A stretch of 64,000 bases of DNA from Botryllus schlosseri (lineage: Eukaryota), in contig CM119379.1 in NCBI GenBank assembly GCA_051294905.1, positions 20,646,001-20,710,000 of the forward strand, read 5' to 3'. Shown in pieces: positions 42,601-51,600 of the stretch (position 1 is the stretch's first letter; every line of letters begins with the position of its first letter). Under the pieces are notes generated by a model, which was not told where the DNA came from, searched no databases, and saw only the letters and a list, made by a program, of their open reading frames with translations. A program made the translations under genes and the position numbers.

Positions 42601-45600
42601 TACGGCTGAGCAGAATCGAGTACACACTTGAAGAGATGAAATATGTACCTTTTATACCTTTTATGCAACCGCCAGGGAAAAAGCCTGTAACGCTTAATGA
42701 TGAAATATTTCCAATCTTCCAATCCGTGTGTTTTACAAACCCACGAACTGCCGTGGAATATATTCTGGAATACCACTCCTAATGAAATCAGGGACGCGTT
42801 TCATATCCTTTCCGAATCCGTTGAGGCCTGGAAACCCGAATTTCCGAGTCCAAATCGAAATTTGCGCAAAACCCTGCATTATGCATTATTTCCTTTAGCC
42901 TTACAGGGACCCGGTTTGAACCTTTCACCCCTTCCTTCCCTGCGCCGTACGAACCCCGCAGACCTTAACACACAAGTAGGTATTCATATTTGATGGGTTT
43001 TATAATGACCGGTCCGAGACTCTACTCCTAATGGGTTTCCGGCGTAATGCACCTTGCGGTGTGTTATTATGATTTGTCCGTTTGAAATTTGCAAGTGCCC
43101 ACCGAAATTGACGCTTTGCTCGTATTGTACGTCTGTTGCGGCTGAATAGATTTTTTCTAAAACCTTCAGGAATGCTACAAACCGTATTATGATATGTAGG
43201 CAGGCTGATTGTTTATACCGTTTTTCGGCCCTATTGTACAAGTCGCAATCCCGACACTGTGACAATTGCGTCGCCCTTTACTTCAACTTTCGCTGTCGTG
43301 CATGGTGACACGCGATGGTTTGCGTGTTGTCTGCCGCTCTGGAATTCCCGGCTCTGTGTTAATGCACAGTATATCTGGTTATGGCTGTTTGCGGTTGTAG
43401 TTTGATGTTTCAATTTTGTCGCGTCGTTGCCGCGGCGAGCCGTGCGTGAACTCTGATTTGTTGCTGGTAACTTGTTTGGCGGCGTACGGTTGAACTGGCG
43501 GTGCGTGCTCTGAAAAGTCGAGACGAGTGTTGTTTTGTACGCTGGCCTCAGTTTTCCAACTTTTTAATTCGACGTCATGCCGTGTGATTCTCCTGTGTCG
43601 CAGTTGAGGCCGGTCTACACGGTATGTCGGGGGTCGGCAACCCCCGGAACGCGTGCCATTTGTGCCACGCGAAATAATTTTTCGTGACACGCCAAATGAT
43701 GACCCATACGACATATCATAACCCGCAGGTCCCCGTTCGGCGTGGGTTAGATTTGATTAGGTCAGGAGGTATCGCTTATCGTTTTTTTTTTGCTGAAATA
43801 GTTGTAGCGCGATGGACGCGGTAAAATGAGAGAAATCACGAGCGTGATTACGAAGTTATTGCAGATTGCGGCCTCGCGAAGCCAGATTAATAGGCCTAAA
43901 TGCGTATTGTCTGCTGTCTGAAGATTCGCGCTTTCTATCTTAAATGATGCAAATGATGGACTTCGGTTGCCCTCCCGATTAACGCCTATACATTGTTTCA
44001 AGCAAGATTCTCATGGATTGTCAAATTCTACGTTAAGTAGGCTTACTTAATGTCATATTTTAGGTGATTTGACCTCTTTTCTTGAGAAATGTGAATGTTC
44101 ATCCCGGGGAAGCTCAAAAATGCCCAAATGTCCTCTTTTTACTCATTTCGAGTTCATTGCTTATAATTTCAACAAGGCTTTTATCCGAGACGTGGTATTT
44201 ATTTCTAAAAGATTACCATAGCACGCAACATCATCAAACTCAAACGTAACATTTCGGCTTTCGTTTTGCTCGCCAGCAAAAATGTAGTCGTTTGGAGTGC
44301 TGAAAATGTGGCCAAGTGTAACGTTAAGTGATTGAAGAACAAGCAAGTTGATAACTAGGTTGATTTATTGTTTCACGCCCACCTGTCGTAACGCACCAAG
44401 TATTCAATATTGAAACTTGACCGCATCTAAAAAAGGTCAATGTCGTATTCGGTGACGTGACAAGCGAACTCACTCGTTACGATTGTTATGCGCTTTATGG
44501 TCTGTTAATTTCGCTAGGATCTTTGCGGTCCGGTAATGAATAGCCGTCTGCTTTTGGCTATAGATTGCCGAAGCTTCGAAATTGAATGTTACCGACCATT
44601 CTATCTGCTTTCCTGCTAACTAGCCTCACAAATATTATATCGGTTAGTCATATGCGCTTATTTCGGTTACTATTTTGTTTATATACTAACGAGTGGATTT
44701 TTGATATGTGCAACTACAACCAGAACCAGAACTACTCACTTTTCAAACAGTTGACCGTCAGTTTGTACAAGTCTGTCGTATAGATTGTAGATCTAGAATT
44801 CTGATGATCAATCCGCATGTCCCGTTACACTATTACGTTGAGGCCCCGACACCCCGAATCATTGCTGCAATCCATCCGGCCTGGTATCGGCGCAACGCTA
44901 ATTATGTAGATGATATCTCGGGGTCGATTTCAAACGGGGTAATTGGAAATATCGAAGCACCACTTGAACGCAGACAAGTTTATCACCCGCTAACGAAAAG
45001 CGATGTGTTTCATCTAACGAGCTCCCGTGTGATTGATACCCCGTTCCGACTTTACCTTGCGTTCTTGCCTTGTGTTAACATTCGGCTATCACTTCGCGGG
45101 TTTTGGTTGATAATGTTCGGCGCGCTATTTTTTTCGTCCACTTAGTAAGAATGATGAATTATCAACACTGGAAGGTAACATTTTTATTTTGTTTGTGTTT
45201 GGGTATGCGCGCGCGCTTTTTTTACGACCATTGCTCATCGTAATCGGATTAGCGGGGTAATTGGCACCAGAATGCTTTTGTTCCGACCAGCGTTGATGCA
45301 TCGGGCCGTTATTTTCGTCGGGACGTTGATGGCTTTTTTTAGTTTTACGCGCTCAAATGGCGAAAATGGTCCAAATTTGTTGGTGTGGTCAGTGGGGGTC
45401 GGGTTGCAAGCCTGGTTACCCGTGCCTCGCCCGTAATTATAGTCGTTTTCGACATTTTCAGGAATTATACGGCGTTTACGATAGGCTAGTTGTTTTAGAT
45501 AGCCTCGCCGCGGGATATTAAAGCATTGTCTGTGTCTACCGCGTGACGTCATAACGCCGTGTCGTAGCTGCGCCTTGTTAACCCGGGATCCCTCGCCCTT

Positions 45601-48600
45601 TATGCTGGTTAAAATATCTTGGCGGGGTTTTTGTTTCCCGTCGGACTCGTTTTAAAAGTGATGGATGAGCCTGCGCGGGCGTAGGTGATGTGTTCGGCGT
45701 AAACAAACCGCACACTTTTCTTTAGCGAGGCGCAGATAACGGACATGCTCGCTGGGGATGCGCGACAAATTTCGAGGGCGCGACCTTGTTACGGAGGCCC
45801 GCGTAGCGATTTTGCAATAACAGAATCGGTGGCTACGCAGTACGCACTAGATGGCGGCATTGACTCATCGCTTGACAACGATCTAGTCGTACTGATATTA
45901 CTGCTGAGGTGTTATGATGTTATCTGTCTCTTGATTAAGATTTTAGCGCGATAAGGTGGTTTTCTCTCGTCTGAAAAGTACTTGGCCATGATGGTGTCAA
46001 CGTAGATCGTTACGTGATTTTTTTCTCTTATTATTAGGGCGATTTTTTTTACCAAAAAAGCGGAAGATTTTGACATTTTTTACCTTAAAAACTGAATTTT
46101 GACAAAATTTTGACCTCATGTATGTAAACTAAGTGTTTTCGCACATAATGTTAGAATAGTACTACTTGACTTCATTTCTCGTTGGGATTGTCTGTCCTTA
46201 CGAAGTAGTTTGGCCAGAAAAAAAAAAGTTTTTGACTTGAAAACTGACAAATTTTTACATGAAAAAACTTTATTGTAACGAGATTTGGACATATGAAAAA
46301 CTCCAGTAGTTACATCACGCATTATGGCAAAAATAATTGAAATTTGTTGTAGTACAACGAAAGATACTTTCCTACATTCTCGGGAAGAAAGTGTCTGTCC
46401 TTACTATGTAGCTCGCCAAGAATGGAGAAAGAACGTTCAACAGCAGCAGTTGTGGGCTGGCAACACTGAAGTTGTGCGTACACTGCTGGTGACACACCGT
46501 GTTGCTTCATTCTGACAATGGTGTCTGTCTACATCACAATTTTTCATCATGCGCTTCTTGATATGATAACCAATGCCCACGCAGTCTTGCTTCAGTTAGG
46601 ATATTGCGGTACCTTGAGCATATCACTATGTCAACCTACCGTATTTGTTTCATTTGACCGTTTATGATTCACAATTAGCAAAGAATGGGCCTTCTATAAC
46701 GGTAGGCCTATATACAGTAGGCTATAAGATGTTAAATGTCCAGATGTTAAAGTACATTGCCCAATGATAAGTTCACCGACAGTACAAACATCTACGATAC
46801 AAACGAAATGCAGGTTGCAAAAAAATTGACTTTGTAACCGACTTAACGTTATGATTTTGACTTATTTTGACATGTCAAAAAATCGCCCTAGTTATCATGT
46901 AGCATTTTCAGGAAAACCTGGAATTAGATTAGAATTTGATTATCGGCATTTAGCTCATATAAGTGCAATTGAACAACTACAATCATCTAGTAGTCCAAGT
47001 CTGCTGCTAATGACGGCGTACTGTGTGAATTTTTTAGAAAATCATTAGCGTTTATATTTTCACTATTGATATCGCCTTTGTCGGCATTTGCAACAGTTAA
47101 CTGCTGCCAGATCAACCGCGTCAAGTGCCACTGCCATCTGGCGCGGTAATTACGCGCTGGGGTCGCGGGTTCGATGCTGGAGCGCGACCACCTATCACCC
47201 AAACTCTCGCGATTGCGGTACCGCCTTGGAGTTGTCGCGTTCGCTCGTCGCTGGCGCGTTTCATCTCGAGTTCGGTTGAACTTGGTTTCGCGGGTTAAAG
47301 ACGGTGGTCGCACGCCGGCTACATACAGGCCCGGATTGTTTGGAGATTAGCGCGAAATATGTTATTGTTTGTACTGCGTGCCGCTAACGACCTCGCGTTA
47401 ACTCTGGCGGGATTGAGAACAATGCGCGCGCCGTGAGGATGTAGTGTCGAAAAATGCTGTGACATTCGTGCCTTTATCTGTGTTCTATTGTTGCTACTGT
47501 TCGATCTATGTTGAACGTGGCCGGTTTCGGTGGCTGGCGAATGAATTGCTTCTCCGCGACAGTGCATTTTTCTGTTGTTCACTTGCTGTACTTTGGCATG
47601 TTCAGAGAGCTTCTTGGAGGTACAGAACTTCACTATACAATTGAATATAACATTCAATTTGGCTCTTGTTGAAATAGTAGCAATTTGATGGAAGTAGTCG
47701 GCATTGCTATTGGATTACAAGTAGAAGAAAAAACTCGGAAACTGAATTGAGCTCTGCATTAGAAATAAATACAACGAAATGAAGTTGGGTTCATATCAAA
47801 TTAGGGTTCATTCACGCAAGGATGAGAATGGCAAATGTATGTAAAGTGGATTAGAAATGCGACGAAAATCAATTTCAGTACGAAAAAAGGTCAGAGTTCA
47901 TAATCTCAGTCTCAAGTATGAAAATGGCAAATGTCTGTTGTACACCGGGCGCGGCTCTTTGCGCACCATACAGTTCTCCTGTGGCATTTTCAGGACAACC
48001 AGAAATTAGATTAGATTAAAAATTTGAGCTAAGAAACATTTTTTTACCTAAAAAACGGAAGATTTTGACCTAAAAAATCAAACTTTTGACATTTTTGACC
48101 TAAAAAACTTGATTTTGACCACAATTTGACCTCACGTATGCGAATTAGGTGTTTTCGCAAATAATGTTGAAATTATACTACTTATCGTCATTTCTGGTTG
48201 GAACTGTCTGTCCTTACGAAGAATTTTGGCCTGAAAAACGTTTATGACTTGAAAACTGACAAATTTTTACATAAAAACACTTTATTTTAACGAAATCTGG
48301 ACCCATGAAGAATTCCAGTAGTTACATCACGTATTATGGTAGAAATAATTGAAATTTGTTGTAGCACACCGAAAGATACTTTCCTACATCCTCGGGTAGA
48401 AATTGTCTGTATTCACTAAGTAGCTTGCCAAGAATGGAGGAAGAACGTTCAACAGCGGCAGCTGTTGGCTGGCAACACTGAAGTTGTGCGTACACTGCTG
48501 GTGACACACCGCGTTGCTTCATTCTGACAATGTTGTCTACATCACAATTTTTCATCATGCGATTCTTGATATAAAAACCATGCAATGCCCAAGCGGTCTT

Positions 48601-51600
48601 GCTTCAGTTAGGATATTGTGGTATGTTGACGTATTTGTTTCATTTGACTGTTCATGATTCACAATGAGCATACGGGGGTCGTCTACAACGGTAGGCCTAT
48701 AAAGTAGGCTACAAGCTGTAAAATACCTAATGATAAGTTCACCGACAGTGCGAAATCTGCGAAGCAAACGAAATGCAGAAGTCAAAAAAATTTGGCCTTT
48801 GTAAACAATTTTGACAAAATTTTGACTTATTTTGGCATGCCAAAAAAATCTCCCTGGTAATTACAGTAACTGCCTTTTGCTGTAATTGGTCCGACTGGAC
48901 TTTTAGAATTACCTAGTATTCCGAGCCTGACGCCAGCATACTTTTGATTCGTGTCTGCACTGCATTCTTCACGGCGTGTTAGTCGAAGATAATCTGGCCG
49001 AACGCGATGGCAAATACATGCGTACATTGAGTTTTCGTTTAGCCGGGGCCTACGATACTTGGTATCGTAGGCCCCGGTGTAGCATTTCCAGGAAAACCAG
49101 AAATTAGAATAGATTATAATCATATTACCGGCATTTCGCTGTAATCAGTCGAATTAAACGGCTAGAATTAGCTAATCGTCCGAGTCTGGCAGCACGGCAC
49201 GCGCTTGACCCTTACAGCTGTAAATTGAAACCGAAAGCCGACCCGCCGTATCGGGTCGGGTTTGTTATGTTTTGCGTGACGTAACGAGAAAGTAACCAAC
49301 TCCTAGAAGCGCGCTTCCTGATTACGCGATATGCCTCTGCGCCCTTTTTTTAAATCTGTTAGGTCGAAACCGAATCCCGATTTGTTATCCCGTCGGCAAT
49401 GTGGGCTCGCCACGGTTGGATTGCGCGATTTCCTTCGGTAAATTTAACTTGGATACGATTCTTTGTTTGGCGTGTTTGCCGGCGCGTTTCTAGTATCGAA
49501 ATAACTAAGTAACGGCGATAAATAGCATCCGTTTGGAATTTGTGTGGCAAGAACAAGCGATTACGGTGCGATGAAGGTAGGCACCTGGACGGATTGGACG
49601 GATGCGTGCTTCGCGATATCCGCATGATGTCAGGAATGGAGCGATCGCTCTGTTCGTTGTAGGACTGTATGGTTGCGTTGTGTACTCTGTATATTGTATG
49701 CAAGAGCTTCTTAGCAGGTACAGAGCATCAATATACAATTTGAATAATATATAAACATTTCAAATAAACCCGAATATTTTTCGGCTGACACTCATCAGGG
49801 GTTATCGTCAGCAACTAGCAGAGAATTGGAAAGAACATTGTATATGTATATCAACAATCGTATGGTATCACAACACTAGTTGTTGATGATTATAGGTGAC
49901 GAGTGTCACCAAAAATATTTGGTGCTACAATTGTGCTGATACACAATGTTCTGTTCTCTACTAGTTTCTGATGATTGCCCTGATACTCCAGTAGAAGTAT
50001 ATGTAATTTTTACGAATGTACGTACAAGTTAAAGTAGCCATTTACAAGTATGCAGAAAGTTAGTATTGTAGGCTTAGTTTTGCCCATGAAAAACGAAAAA
50101 TGCGAAGTAGTCTAAAATATTGAAATGCTTTATTACTGGCCACCTCTGCGGACTCCATGGTAAAGTCAGTATCCGAACTATGATCTGGCTATGTAACACG
50201 GCGTTTTCTGTACTATCTCCACGCAGCACGCTCCTTCGATAATATTTGTTGGTGGGCTCTGGCATCTGCCTGCTCGCGAACCTCAATTTTCAAAGGTAGT
50301 CAGACTGATCTAAATCCCCTTTACCCTACATATCCAGTGTTGCCGTCGACATGGATCTCAAACTAAGCAGCTGAGGACTGAAAAAACACTTCTGCCCGCT
50401 CGTAATATCACCTGTTTAAGGCGTTGTTGGAAGCTGATGGCTAAAAAAACATCATCACTTTCACCCAGTCTTAATCACGGCTTCGTTGCCGAAAATAACG
50501 ACACAGACTATGGACAGATTGGACACGAGTTGATAATATGGACAGATCTGAAATATACGGATTACGGACCGTAAGGTTCTGTCACAGTTCTTCAAAATAA
50601 GGATGAATCTGTCATGAATCTTTAATTATAGTTCTGGCTTCGGATTTTACAAAGCGAGTAGTTCTAGTTGTAGTTGCGCACTCAAAAATATTTAGTTGAC
50701 GAACAACTTGAAAACAAGTATCGTCGTTTGTCGTGAATCGTGACACCTGTGTTCTGTTGTGTGATGTCCTTCCAGCCATTGCTAGCTCAAAGTCGTCACC
50801 ACTAACATTGGCGTAGCCATGGTGGGTTTTGGGGGGTTGAGACCCTCCCGTTTCATGTTCGTGTTCAGCTCATGTGGAAAGGAATAGTTGCTTCGGAATT
50901 GAATATAGATAGTTGTGTTTAGTTTATTAGTTGCGGTTTTTAGAGGTCGTTGTTTTCGGTTCTAGTTGCGAGTTTTGAGAATTGAGTGATTCTAGTTCTA
51001 GTTTTAGTTGCTTGTTTGGAAAAGTGACTTGTTCTATTTGCAGTGGCGAGTTTTGAAAATCGAGTTGTTCTAGTTGCGCATTTTGAAAGTCCAGTAGCTT
51101 GTACCAATGTTGTACATTGGACAAGTCTGACATTCAGCACACCTTATTCTCGTCGTAGTCACGAAGCCACTGAAGCGATCAATATCCACACGATAAAGCA
51201 CATCTGATGAATGGTTCGTATTGGTATTATCAGTGGATTTCCGAGATCTAGGCTACCTACCCGGCATTTAATCCGTCACCAGCTGTCCGATGCCACTATA
51301 TTATCCGGGCGTCTGGCTCAAATCAAGATAGAGCACTCTCGCCCGCGGTAAGCCGGTAATGAATTTTTGCGGGCGTCAATACCGGTATTCGCGCGTACTG
51401 GGTTACCAAATACGATTGACAATCCGAAAATCCCGTTTCCTGAATATTTTGAACAGCTGTGAACTGTCTCATTACTTCTCTCGGGTGAGCCCCGCGCGGG
51501 GTGACTCAGCAGCGCGGCTCGGGATAGTGTTTCTAAATATCTGGGATGGATTTGGCTTAAGCCCAATTATTTCCTGAAATACATCGCACTCGCACAAACT

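Noticed and set aside
41560-42790. Possible nested antisense gene (protein-like minus ORFs with some splice-like signals)
   Set aside because: No recognisable homology; one implied intron is only about 31 nt, and the GTAAGT-like site coincides with the SCAPER branch region. Would need stranded RNA-seq.
43685-43750. Box C ATGATGA inside a cacgcc/ggcgtg stem
   Set aside because: No box D; lies in a hAT MITE end fragment beginning near 43630.
44708-45145. 145-aa ORF
   Set aside because: No recognisable domain, no splice context; length is within chance for 64 kb.
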